Source of the DNA: Eubacteriales bacterium
Lineage (GTDB): Bacteria > Bacillota > Clostridia > Oscillospirales > CAG-272
Assembly: GCA_045586225.1 (NCBI GenBank)
Contig: JAZMZX010000127.1
Span: 1-52,275 of the forward strand
Length of the DNA stretch: 52,275 bases
Direction: 5' to 3'
Shown here: one piece after another, positions 1 through 8,163 of the stretch
Numbering within the stretch: position 1 is the first letter of the stretch
Layout: every line of letters starts with the position of its first letter
Notes under the pieces: generated by a model
Seen by the model: the letters and a program-made list of their open reading frames with translations, nothing else
Told to the model about the DNA's origin: nothing
The model's database searches: none
Position numbers and translations under genes: made by a program

Positions 1-760
1 CACCGGTACCGGCACCGCAGCCGGCTCCGAAACCGAAAAGGAATCCGAAAAGGACACCGAGACCGAAAAAGACACCGAAACCGAAAAGGACACCGAGACC
101 GAAGAAGCTGGCGGCGAAGACGCAGGCGAAATCGAGCGCAATGAGTTCCCCTATGAAGGCGAAGTTATTCCCGGTTCTGTAGACTACGATTGGGGCGCAC
201 CCACCGCTGACGCTGTATTCTTCCCCATCGATGTTGACCACGTTATCCACGACGGTAAGGGTACCTGGAGCAATGCTACCACCACTCTTCCCCAGATGGC
301 ATTCGACAACGACTACACCACCTGCTACGACTGTGACGAAGCTTGCGGCTCCGCGAACAGCGAAGACATGAACGTTGGTATCGTTCTCGAAAACTGGGAC
401 AACGACACCACCAAGACCGGTTACGTTGGCGCATGGATCGAAGAAGGCGTTGTTCTCGAGCAGATCCGCTTCTTCCCCAGATCCGCTAACCTCGGCCGTG
501 AGACCGGTGCTACCATCCAGGCATCCGTTGACGGCACTGAATGGGTTACCCTCGTAACCATCACCGAGCTTGAATGGGCAGGCGGCGACTATGAATTCTA
601 TGACATCGAAGACGAGACCGTATACCACTACGTTCGTTTCGTTTCCCGTGACCTCGCAGCATACCAGCAGTATGTAGACGAGACTGCTACCGAAGCTACC
701 GATTTCCGTGGCTACTGCAATGTTGCAGAGCTTGAGATCTGGGGCTACCCTGCAAAATAA
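1..760 (+). CDS. Secreted discoidin (F5/8 type C)-like domain protein, 5' end cut by the window edge (codons start at nt 2)
   Basis: The frame is open from nt 2 (TGTGTAAGSETEKESEKDTETEKD...) into the listed ORF 296..760. It is clearly paralogous to the next gene: acidic TETEKD repeat, NEFPYEG, GYVGAWIEEGVVLEQIRF and the C-terminal CNVAELEIWGYPAK. A hairpin plus T-run follows. Confidence 0.7.
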   Translation, partial: TGTGTAAGSETEKESEKDTETEKDTETEKDTETEEAGGEDAGEIERNEFPYEGEVIPGSVDYDWGAPTADAVFFPIDVDHVIHDGKGTWSNATTTLPQMAFDNDYTTCYDCDEACGSANSEDMNVGIVLENWDNDTTKTGYVGAWIEEGVVLEQIRFFPRSANLGRETGATIQASVDGTEWVTLVTITELEWAGGDYEFYDIEDETVYHYVRFVSRDLAAYQQYVDETATEATDFRGYCNVAELEIWGYPAK

Positions 761-770
761 TCTTGCTCAC

Positions 771-799
771 AAAAAGCACCGCATTGCGGTGCTTTTTTT
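771..799 (+). terminator. Rho-independent terminator
   Basis: Stem gcaccgc (776-782) pairs with gcggtgc (786-792), followed by a T-run at 793-799. Confidence 0.8.
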
Positions 800-906
800 G
801 TTTTTCAAGTTGTAATAGACAAATATTGACCACCTATTGACAAAAGTTTCGCTTTGGTGTATATTAAGTGATGCATAATTCTATTTCATTTAAGGAGAAT
901 GAGAAA

Positions 907-1764
907 ATGAAAAAATTACTCGCTATCCTTCTTGCTATCGCATGCATGTTCTCCATGCTTCTCATGACCGCTTGCGGTGATGATACTGACGAGGGCGAAG
1001 GCACCGGTACCGGCACCGCAGCCGGCTCCGAATCCGAAAAGGAATCCGAAAAGGACACCGAGACCGAAAAAGACACCGAAACCGAAAAAGACACCGAATC
1101 CGACAACGCAGACGAAGGCGGCGAAGACGCAGGCGAACTCGAGCGCAACGAATTCCCCTATGAGGGCGATGTAGTTCCCGGCTCTATCGACTGGGACTGG
1201 GGCGCACCCACTGCTGACGCTGTATACTTCTCTATCGATGCTGATCATGTTATCCACGACGGTAAGGGTACTTGGTCCAACACCGCTTCCTGCACTCCTA
1301 ACTATGTATTCGATAACGACATCGAGACATTCTACGACTGCGATGAAAAGTGCGAATCCGTTAACGACGAAGCTATGAACGTTGGTATCGCAGGCGATTG
1401 GGACGGCATCACCGACGGTACCGCTACCGGTTACGTTGGCGCATGGATCGAAGAAGGCGTTGTTCTTGAGCAGATCCGTTTCTACACCCGTTCCGGTTGG
1501 GTTGCACGTGCTATCGGCTGCAAATTCCAGGCATCCGTAGACGGTGAAACTTGGGTAGACCTCCACACCATCACTGAGCTCGCTTACGAAGGCGGCGACT
1601 ATGAAATGGTTGACATCGAAGACGACACCGTATACTACTACGTTCGCTTCCTCTCCCGTACTCCCGAAACATTCGAAGAAGTTAAGGATCTCACCACCGA
1701 CACTGAATACTACTCTTACTGCAACATCGCTGAGTTCGAGATCTGGGGTACTCCCGCTAAATAA
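907..1764 (+). CDS. Probable lipoprotein with acidic repeat linker and discoidin (F5/8 type C)-like domain
   Basis: ORF 868..1764 trimmed to ATG 907, with AAGGAG at 892-897. MKKLLAILLAIACMFSMLLMTAC is a signal peptide with a lipobox-like Cys. It has 18-bp coding repeats (DTETEK) and a C-terminal jelly-roll-like domain ending CNIAEFEIWGTPAK. Confidence 0.75.
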   Translation: MKKLLAILLAIACMFSMLLMTACGDDTDEGEGTGTGTAAGSESEKESEKDTETEKDTETEKDTESDNADEGGEDAGELERNEFPYEGDVVPGSIDWDWGAPTADAVYFSIDADHVIHDGKGTWSNTASCTPNYVFDNDIETFYDCDEKCESVNDEAMNVGIAGDWDGITDGTATGYVGAWIEEGVVLEQIRFYTRSGWVARAIGCKFQASVDGETWVDLHTITELAYEGGDYEMVDIEDDTVYYYVRFLSRTPETFEEVKDLTTDTEYYSYCNIAEFEIWGTPAK

Positions 1765-1796
1765 GATCAGATAACGATCGCTTAGCATAACAGATT

Positions 1797-1827
1797 AAAA
1801 AAGCACCGCTTTTGCGGTGCTTTTTTT
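1797..1827 (+). terminator. Rho-independent terminator
   Basis: gcaccgc (1803-1809) pairs with gcggtgc (1814-1820), followed by T7. It is almost the same hairpin as at 776-792. Confidence 0.8.
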
Positions 1828-1861
1828 GTGCACAAATTTTCAGATACTTTTCCCGTAGAGG

Positions 1862-1890
1862 TTGAAATTTCATTTTATTGGTTGTATAAT
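1862..1890 (+). promoter_or_regulatory. Sigma-70-type promoter for the zinc-ribbon membrane protein gene
   Basis: TTGAAA (1862-1867), 17-nt spacer, TATAAT (1885-1890). Confidence 0.5.
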
Positions 1891-1959
1891 ATAGAAGATC
1901 AAAAATTCTGTCGCTCCGAGGTGCTCCCCGGGCGGCGTACATAAAAAGGAGATCATATC

Positions 1960-2418
1960 ATGGCATTTTGCAAAAACTGCGGCACTCAGATCGACGAACA
2001 GGCTAAGACCTGCCCCGGCTGCGGCACTCCCACAGAAGAGCCCGCTCAGGCAGTTGATCTTACCCAAAAGCTTGCTGCTCTGAACAACACTCCCGACACC
2101 ACCGCCGAATTCGATAAGGAAGACATCGAGAAGAATAAGGTTATGGCTATCCTCGCATACCTCTCCTGGCTCGTTCTCATTCCCCTTTTCGTAGCATCCA
2201 ATTCCAAGTTTGCCCGCTACCACTGCAATCAGGGTATCGTTCTCTGGCTGGCAGGCGTAGTTGCAAGCATCATTGGATTCATCCCCGTTCTCGGCTGGAT
2301 CATCACCCCCATCCTCGGTGTTGTTACCCTTATCCTTTCCGTTCTCGGCATCATCAATGCTGCAACCGGCAAGGCAAAGGAGCTTCCCTTCATCGGCAAG
2401 TACAGAATCATCAAGTAA
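1960..2418 (+). CDS. Zinc-ribbon domain membrane protein (DUF4870-like C-terminal TM region)
   Basis: N-terminal CKNCG...CPGCG zinc ribbon. C-terminal multi-TM segment (AILAYLSWLVLIPLF, YHCNQGIVLWLAG). AAGGAG RBS at 1945-1950. Confidence 0.7.
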   Translation: MAFCKNCGTQIDEQAKTCPGCGTPTEEPAQAVDLTQKLAALNNTPDTTAEFDKEDIEKNKVMAILAYLSWLVLIPLFVASNSKFARYHCNQGIVLWLAGVVASIIGFIPVLGWIITPILGVVTLILSVLGIINAATGKAKELPFIGKYRIIK

Positions 2419-2430
2419 TTTTTGCTTAAC

Positions 2431-2461
2431 AAAAAAAGAGAGTCGGAAGACTCTCTTTTTT
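2431..2461. terminator. Bidirectional rho-independent terminator
   Basis: gagagtc (2438-2444) pairs with gactctc (2449-2455), flanked by an A-run and a T-run. It lies between convergent genes. Confidence 0.7.
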
Positions 2462-2687
2462 ATTTGCCTTTTTCGAAAAGAGGCTCGATAACGCCGTTCC
2501 ACACGGCGGAAACGCCTGCCGCCACCGCGGAAATAAGAACACAGGTGACGGTGTGCGGCAGAAGGTCGGGGTCGGCCGCATCAAGGGAGATGCTGTCGGA
2601 AAGGCTTCCGAGATTCACAAGGGCATAGCCGAGGGCGGCTTCGATAAAGGTCTTCACCGCGCGGGATATAACGTCTTTCTTGTTCAT
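2460..2687 (-). CDS. Putative phage-type holin (small two-TM protein)
   Basis: ORF 2460..2702 trimmed to ATG 2687 (GAGGAGG RBS). The product is 75 aa with two hydrophobic segments (FIEAALGYALVNL and VTCVLISAVAAGVSAVW) and a charged C-terminus. It lies immediately downstream of the endolysin gene. Confidence 0.5.
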   Translation of the reverse strand: MNKKDVISRAVKTFIEAALGYALVNLGSLSDSISLDAADPDLLPHTVTCVLISAVAAGVSAVWNGVIEPLFEKGK

Positions 2688-2698
2688 TTTCCGCCTCC

Positions 2699-3391
2699 TC
2701 ACTGCTTTTCGCTTCGGATGATGTGTGCCCAGCTGTTGCCCCCGAAGATGCCGTCTGCTTTAAGACCGAAAACGGTCTGATAGTCCAAAACGGCGCTTTC
2801 CGTTTTGGCGCCGTAGCTGCCGTCCACGTCAAGTCCTGCGCTTGAAACGGAGTTGAGAAGGCGCTGGAGCAGCGCAACGTCTGCGCCCTTGTCGCCACGG
2901 CGGAGAGTCTTCACCTTCTGCAGGCTGCGCTTGAAGGGAAGGGGTGCGGTGCCGTCAAGATAGGGAAGGGGGTCCACCCAGCTTCCGTTTATCTTCATGC
3001 CGAAATGGAGATGTGCGCCCGTGGAGTTGCCGGTGCTGCCCATGTAACCGATAACGTCGCCGCGGGCAACGGGCGTGCCCTCCTTCACGGTGACGGAGCC
3101 GCGTCTCATGTGAAGATAGCAGGTCTCGATGCCGTTTCCGTGGTTTATATAAACGGCGTTGCCCTCGGAGGGGGTGTCGCCCTCCACGTTGTTTGTGGCT
3201 TTCGTAACTATGCCGGACTCAAATGCCAGGATATAGTCCGTAGCGGCGCCGGAGGCGGAGCCGCCCACAAGGTCGCAGCCCTTGTGAAAGCCCTTTATGC
3301 CGCGGACAGTGCGTTCACCGTAGCCTGAGGTGAGGTAATGATTCCCCTTTTTAAGTACGGGGACGGTACATTTGATGAGTTTTCTTGCCAT
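2699..3391 (-). CDS. M23 peptidase with C-terminal peptidoglycan-binding domain (endolysin-like)
   Basis: HKGCD (HxxxD) and GAHLHF (HxH) M23 zinc motifs. C-terminal PG_binding_1-like repeat (LRRGDKGADVALLQRLL...VDGSYGAKTESAVLDYQ...ADGIFG). No signal peptide. Confidence 0.8.
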   Translation of the reverse strand: MARKLIKCTVPVLKKGNHYLTSGYGERTVRGIKGFHKGCDLVGGSASGAATDYILAFESGIVTKATNNVEGDTPSEGNAVYINHGNGIETCYLHMRRGSVTVKEGTPVARGDVIGYMGSTGNSTGAHLHFGMKINGSWVDPLPYLDGTAPLPFKRSLQKVKTLRRGDKGADVALLQRLLNSVSSAGLDVDGSYGAKTESAVLDYQTVFGLKADGIFGGNSWAHIIRSEKQ

Positions 3392-3404
3392 TCTGAGTTC
3401 CTTT

Positions 3405-3719
3405 CTACTGTGTTTTTCCCGCGTTCATTTCGCTGTCGAGGCGGTTTATGCGCTTGTGCGCCTGCCTGACCGATTCTTCAACCGCGGTCAGTCGGGATAT
3501 GACCTCGGTGTTCATTTTTCGCTGTTCCTTTTGCTCGGATTTTATCTCGTCGGTGTTTGCTTTGATGTAGCCGATCTCGGTGAGAAAGGTGGCATCCTTT
3601 GCCGCATGGGCGCTCACGTCGGCGCGTCCGTTTCGTCGGAAGGCGGAATATCCGAAGATGATGGCGCATAACGTGGATATGACGGATAAAACCGTGAGCG
3701 CTGTTTCTGTGATAGACAT
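3405..3719 (-). CDS. Membrane-anchored coiled-coil protein (candidate lysis accessory protein)
   Basis: ORF 3405..3791 trimmed to ATG 3719. N-terminal TM (ALTVLSVISTLCAIIFGY) followed by a charged heptad-like helix (EIKSEQKEQRKMNTEVISRLTAVEESVRQAHKRINRLDSE). It is the first gene of the three-gene lysis unit. Confidence 0.4.
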   Translation of the reverse strand: MSITETALTVLSVISTLCAIIFGYSAFRRNGRADVSAHAAKDATFLTEIGYIKANTDEIKSEQKEQRKMNTEVISRLTAVEESVRQAHKRINRLDSEMNAGKTQ

Positions 3720-3857
3720 AAGATTGGAAAGTCTAAAGCTCCTTTTTTCTCTTTCTTGAGGCTGTTCTGTGCGAGGACGTAATGATAACACGGATTTTTC
3801 GTCATTTTCGTCAAGTTTGCCTTTTTCAAAAAAAATATTGTGAAGAAAAACATTTTC

Positions 3858-3886
3858 TTGACATATTGAAAACTCGGTGATATACT
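3858..3886 (+). promoter_or_regulatory. Sigma-70-type promoter for tRNA-Pro
   Basis: TTGACA (3858-3863), 17-nt spacer, TATACT (3881-3886). Confidence 0.6.
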
Positions 3887-3929
3887 AATAAGGCTGTCAA
3901 AACGCAGAAAACCAGATGACGGACCATAA

Positions 3930-4003
3930 CGGGGTGTGGCTCAGTTCGGTAGAGCGCTTGGTTCGGGACCAAGAGGTCGCACGTTCAAATCGTGTCACTC
4001 CGA
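3930..4003 (+). tRNA. tRNA-Pro (anticodon CGG), CCA not encoded
   Basis: Hand-folded cloverleaf. Acceptor cggggtg pairs with cactccg. D stem gctc/gagc. Anticodon stem cttgg/ccaag with loop ttCGGga (CGG at 3964-3966). T stem gcacg/cgtgt with loop ttcaaat. Discriminator A. Confidence 0.93.
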
Positions 4004-4006
4004 TAT

Positions 4007-4036
4007 AAAAAAGGATGCGGAAGCATCCTTTTTTTT
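4007..4036 (+). terminator. Rho-independent terminator after tRNA-Pro
   Basis: aggatgc (4012-4018) pairs with gcatcct (4023-4029), followed by a T-run at 4030-4036. Confidence 0.8.
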
Positions 4037-4076
4037 GTTTGTGTTAAAAACCGTGAGCAAATGTTATGTAACCTTC

Positions 4077-4124
4077 GATTTTCACTTGATTTTGATATGT
4101 GATTTTCACTTGATTTTGATATGT
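4077..4124. repeat. Perfect 24-bp tandem duplication (gattttcacttgattttgatatgt x2)
   Basis: 4077-4100 is identical to 4101-4124. It contains four GATTTT hexamers starting at 4077, 4088, 4101 and 4112. Confidence 0.95.
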
Positions 4125-4183
4125 AAGTGATGTACAATTAATATAAATAAGACTCGTCAGCTATGCTGAAAAGGAGAGCTACT

Positions 4184-6622
4184 ATGAATTGGCTTAAAAG
4201 ACCTCTTTGTTTACTTTTCGCCCTTATCCTTTCGCTCAATATCCTGACAGTTGGAGTTTTAGCCGATGATACCTTCATCGATAACGAAAACTGGCGCGAG
4301 ATATCGGCGACGGAAGCTACCACAATGTACAATAACGACAAGTCCTTCGTTGTTATGTATTACCGCAACGGTTGCTTTAACAGCAGCCTGCGCAAGGTGA
4401 TGATCGACGAATGGATGACCACCTACGATACCGTTATTTACGGTGTCGACGTGGACGCGTATTCCATACCTTACTGGGTATGGGATGCCCTCGGAGAGGC
4501 TACAAGCGTAACTCTTCCCGTTATCTGCATCGTTGAAAACGGCGTTGCCTCCGCTTATTCCGGCGCGGACAGCATGCGCACCATTCAGAAGCGCTTCTCC
4601 GAATATCTCGGAGTATACGATGATGCAGTCATCTCCTTCGACGTTATAAACGAAACCGTATACGACGCATACGCCGTCAGCGGCAACGATGTTGAAAAAT
4701 ATCGTCCCGATCCTGCATATCTGGAGGATGAGCTTTACAATGCCGCACAAAGCATCGTCAGCGGCTGCACCACAGATGCGCAAAAGCTCAAGGCTATCTA
4801 CAATTGGGTCACCGAGAATATATACTATAACTACGGAATGCTCGACGGAAGCTACACGAGAAAGGTTTCCGCATACGAGACGTACAGCAGCAGAAACTCC
4901 GTTTGCGAGGGCTATGCAAATCTGACGGCGGCATTCTGCCACGCAGTGGGCATCCCCTGCCGCGTTGTGGTAGGCTTTGCCACCGGCGTTGGTGCCAGCG
5001 AAACGGTACCCGCTGTATGGGCGCGCTATAAGCAGTACTGCTCCGATAAGAATCTTACCTCCTTCACCAATGACATAATACCCTATGCAAATCACGCGTG
5101 GAACGAGGCGTTCATCAACGGCAGATGGGTCATCCTCGACACCACCTGGGGCTCCAACAACGATTACTACCCCGATTCCTACGGCAGGATCACAGGCGTT
5201 CGTAACGACGATTATTACGATCCCGACCTTGAATGGTTCTCCGAGACCCACCTTTTCTGGGGTACCTTCCGCCCCGCTCCCAGCGGCTCATCCTCTTCTG
5301 AAGAAGAGGTGCCCTCCGGCTCCGTATCTTACTATTACAGCGAAGCCGGAACTACCCTGAGATTCTCTTTTGGCGCTGCTGACCGCGTTTCCTACACCTG
5401 GTATTATAAGGATTTCGGCGCATCCAAATTCGTGAAGGCTTCCACAGAATCCACTTATTCGTTTGAATTGACCGAGGCAACCTCCGGACGTCAGTTTTAC
5501 TGCATCGCTACCACAAGTGAGGGCGAAAGCGTGAGCAGCGTTGTTATCGAAGCCCGCGTGGAGCTTGAGATCACGAAGGAGCCCACAGGCTCTTACGTGT
5601 CGCAGGGAGCAGTTGCCAAGACGACGGTCTCCGCCACCGGCGCAGGCCTCAAATACACCTGGTACATCAAGGATCCCGGTGCTTCAAAGTTCAGCAAATC
5701 CTCCATCACCTCCGCGACATATTCCTTCAAGATGACGGCGGCAAAATCGGGCCGTCAGGTATACTGCGTCATCACCGATAGGCATGGCGAGACCGTTACC
5801 ACTGACGTCGCTACACTTCGCATGAAGGCGACCGTTACCGTCCAGCCCAAGACCGCGTACGCGGCTGAGGGAAGCGTTGCTAAGACAACGGTCACCGCTG
5901 TGGGTGACGGCCTCACCTACACCTGGTACATCAAGGACCCCGGTGCTTCGAAATTCAGCAAGTCCTCCGTTACCTCCGCAACCTATTCCTTCAGAATGTC
6001 GGCGGCAAAATCCGGACGTCAGGCTTACTGCGTTATCAAGGATAAGTACGGCAACTCCGTCACCACGGAAACCGTTTACATGAGATCGAAGGCTGCGATC
6101 ACTACCCAGCCGAAGACAACGTACGCTCAGCTTGGCAAGGTGGCGAAGACGACAGTCACCGCTACCGGTGACGGACTCACCTACACCTGGTACATCAAGA
6201 ATCCCGGTGCGACCAAGTTTACAAAGTCCTCCATTAAATCCTCCACCTATTCTCTCAAGATGACAGAGGATAATGCGGGACGTCAGGTATACTGCATCGT
6301 CAAGGATAAGTACGGCAACACCGTAAAGACGGCAACTGTTGAGCTTCGCCTGAGAGTTACCGTTACAGCACAGCCCACAGCTACTCCTACAGCGATAGGC
6401 AAGGTTGCTAAAACCACCGTTACCGCAGTGGGCGACGGACTTACCTACACCTGGTATATCAAGGACCCCGGCGCTTCCAAGTTCAGCAAATCCTCCATCA
6501 CCTCCGCGACATATTCCTTCAAGATGACGGCGGCAAAATCCGGTCGTCAGGTATACTGCGTTATCAAGGATAAATACGGCTATACCGTGACCACCGCAAC
6601 GGTCACTCTTGCAAAGAAGTAA
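4184..6622 (+). CDS. Secreted transglutaminase-like cysteine protease domain protein with thioredoxin-fold-like N-domain and six Ig-like repeats
   Basis: ORF 4163..6622 trimmed to ATG 4184 (AAGGAGAG RBS). Signal peptide LCLLFALILSLNILTVGVLA. Transglutaminase-core Cys/His/Asp context (NSVCEGYANL, NHAWNEAFINGRWVILDTTWG). C-terminal repeats carry the motif Y(T/K)W(Y)xK...G.Q.YC. Confidence 0.8.
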   Translation: MNWLKRPLCLLFALILSLNILTVGVLADDTFIDNENWREISATEATTMYNNDKSFVVMYYRNGCFNSSLRKVMIDEWMTTYDTVIYGVDVDAYSIPYWVWDALGEATSVTLPVICIVENGVASAYSGADSMRTIQKRFSEYLGVYDDAVISFDVINETVYDAYAVSGNDVEKYRPDPAYLEDELYNAAQSIVSGCTTDAQKLKAIYNWVTENIYYNYGMLDGSYTRKVSAYETYSSRNSVCEGYANLTAAFCHAVGIPCRVVVGFATGVGASETVPAVWARYKQYCSDKNLTSFTNDIIPYANHAWNEAFINGRWVILDTTWGSNNDYYPDSYGRITGVRNDDYYDPDLEWFSETHLFWGTFRPAPSGSSSSEEEVPSGSVSYYYSEAGTTLRFSFGAADRVSYTWYYKDFGASKFVKASTESTYSFELTEATSGRQFYCIATTSEGESVSSVVIEARVELEITKEPTGSYVSQGAVAKTTVSATGAGLKYTWYIKDPGASKFSKSSITSATYSFKMTAAKSGRQVYCVITDRHGETVTTDVATLRMKATVTVQPKTAYAAEGSVAKTTVTAVGDGLTYTWYIKDPGASKFSKSSVTSATYSFRMSAAKSGRQAYCVIKDKYGNSVTTETVYMRSKAAITTQPKTTYAQLGKVAKTTVTATGDGLTYTWYIKNPGATKFTKSSIKSSTYSLKMTEDNAGRQVYCIVKDKYGNTVKTATVELRLRVTVTAQPTATPTAIGKVAKTTVTAVGDGLTYTWYIKDPGASKFSKSSITSATYSFKMTAAKSGRQVYCVIKDKYGYTVTTATVTLAKK
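5330..6619 (+). repeat. Six tandem ~88-aa (~264-bp) coding repeats (Ig-like modules)
   Basis: The repeated block is ..KTTVTA.GDGLTYTWYIKDPGASKFSKSS.TSATYSF.M.AAKSGRQ.YCVIKDKYG..V.T. The first copy is divergent. Copies 2 and 6 share a 62-bp identical stretch (5687-5748 = 6479-6540). Confidence 0.85.
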
Positions 6623-6651
6623 GCGAGACTGAATAACCTCATAACAGACAT

Positions 6652-6689
6652 GGCGCGATGCTGCAAACGGCATCGCGCCGATTCTTTTT
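6652..6689 (+). terminator. Rho-independent terminator
   Basis: ggcgcgatgc (6652-6661) pairs with gcatcgcgcc (6670-6679), followed by gattcttttt. Confidence 0.7.
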
Positions 6690-6752
6690 CGGAGAAGGTA
6701 AATCAATAATTTGCGAACATTTATTTACAGCTGTCATTTAGCGCTAAAGGAC

Positions 6753-6781
6753 TTGAAAAATAAACGCGAATGAAGTATAAT
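6753..6781 (+). promoter_or_regulatory. Sigma-70-type promoter of the glycan operon
   Basis: TTGAAA (6753-6758), 17-nt spacer, TATAAT (6776-6781). It lies about 95 nt upstream of ATG 6876. Confidence 0.55.
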
Positions 6782-6875
6782 GCACATAGTATTATTGTTA
6801 TAATGATATAATTGCGCGAACTGCGGCCATAAGGCTGTTTTTCGACTAAAAATATATGTAAATGCAGGTTGTAAT

Positions 6876-8111
6876 ATGGAAATTAAGCCTTTAGAGAAAA
6901 AAGTGTGGCTTTCTTCGCCCACAATGCACGGCGAAGAGCTTATGTACGTGAAAGAAGCATACGAAACCAACTGGATGTCCACGGTTGGCAAGAATATTAA
7001 CGAGGTTGAGCGCATGGCGGCAGAGAAGATAGGCTGCAAATATGCAGTTGCTCTTTCCGCAGGCACCGCAGCCCTTCATATGGCTGTGAAGCTCGCGGGC
7101 GTGAAGCCCGGCGACCGCGTGTTCTCCTCGGATATGACCTTTGCGGCAACGGTGAACCCCGTTCTGTACGAGGGCGGCGTGCCCGTTTTCATCGACAGTG
7201 AAAGAGATACCTGGAATATGGACCCTGAGGCTCTGAAGCTGGCCTTTGAGCTTTATCCCGACGTTAAGGTCGTTGTCGTTGCAAACCTTTACGGCGTTCC
7301 CGCAAAGCTTGACGAGATCCGTGCCATCTGTGACGAGCACGGTGCTGTCCTCATTGAGGACGCGGCAGAATCCATGGGCGCCACCTATAAGGGCGTTGAA
7401 ACGGGCACCTTCGGTACCTATAACGCCATCTCCTTCAACGGAAACAAGATCATCACCGGTTCTTCCGGCGGTATGCTTCTCACCGACAGTCTTGAGGCTG
7501 CAAATAAGGTGCGCAAGTGGTCCACGCAGAGCCGTGAAAACGCTCCCTGGTATCAGCACGAGGAGGTTGGCTACAACTATCGCATGAGCAACGTTATCGC
7601 AGGCGTTGTAAGAGGTCAGTTCCCCCATCTTGATGAGCACATCGCTCAGAAAAAGGCTATATATATGCGATATAAGGAAGCCCTCAGCGACCTTCCCGTT
7701 TCCCTTAACCCCTACGATGAGAGCATCATGGAGCCGAACTTCTGGCTTTCCTGCCTCCTGATCGATGAGGAGGCTATGTGCCGTCAGGTCCGCGATGACA
7801 GCGAGGCTCTTTACGTTAAGGAGCCCGGAAAAACGTGCCCCACGGAGATCCTCGAGAAGATCGCCGCTGTGAACGCAGAGGGCCGCCCCATCTGGAAGCC
7901 TATGCACATGCAGCCTATCTACCGCATGAACGGATACGTTACCGTGGACGGAAACGGACGCGGCAGAACGAACGCATACATCAACGAGGGCAAGACGAGC
8001 GACGTCGGCGCGGATATTTTCCACCGCGGACTCTGCCTGCCCAGCGACAATAAAATGACTCCCGAGGAGCAGGACGTTATCATTGCGGCTATCAGAAGCT
8101 GCTTTGAGTGA
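6876..8111 (+). CDS. DegT/DnrJ/EryC1/StrS-family PLP-dependent sugar aminotransferase (EpsN/PglE-like)
   Basis: WLSSPTMHGEELMYVKEAYETNW, ALSAGTAALHMA and the PLP-Lys context AISFNGNKIITGSSGGMLL. Its length and architecture are typical of nucleotide-sugar 4-aminotransferases. Confidence 0.85.
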   Translation: MEIKPLEKKVWLSSPTMHGEELMYVKEAYETNWMSTVGKNINEVERMAAEKIGCKYAVALSAGTAALHMAVKLAGVKPGDRVFSSDMTFAATVNPVLYEGGVPVFIDSERDTWNMDPEALKLAFELYPDVKVVVVANLYGVPAKLDEIRAICDEHGAVLIEDAAESMGATYKGVETGTFGTYNAISFNGNKIITGSSGGMLLTDSLEAANKVRKWSTQSRENAPWYQHEEVGYNYRMSNVIAGVVRGQFPHLDEHIAQKKAIYMRYKEALSDLPVSLNPYDESIMEPNFWLSCLLIDEEAMCRQVRDDSEALYVKEPGKTCPTEILEKIAAVNAEGRPIWKPMHMQPIYRMNGYVTVDGNGRGRTNAYINEGKTSDVGADIFHRGLCLPSDNKMTPEEQDVIIAAIRSCFE

Positions 8112-8163
8112 TAAGCTCCGGCGGCGAGCGAACATTTCGTGAACGAATATTTCGGAGGATAAT

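Noticed and set aside
977-1174. A 65-aa Pro/Lys-rich ORF (PAPQPAPNPKRNPKRTPRPKKTPKPKK).
   Set aside because: It is the +1 frame of the acidic TETEKD coding repeat of the lipoprotein gene. It is a by-product of the repeat, with no RBS.
4077-4124. Possible mini CRISPR array or other repeat-spacer structure.
   Set aside because: The two 24-bp copies are directly adjacent with no spacer, and there are no cas genes or further repeats.
2460-4124. An intact prophage or integrative element at tRNA-Pro.
   Set aside because: Only the three lysis genes look phage-derived. There is no integrase, no structural genes and no duplicated tRNA 3' segment. The lysis genes lie on the 5' side of the tRNA.
5330-6619. 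Ig-like repeats as a diversity-generating retroelement target (VR/TR pair).
   Set aside because: There is no reverse transcriptase or accessory gene in the window. The differences between the near-identical copies are not adenine-specific (g/c and c/t changes are seen).
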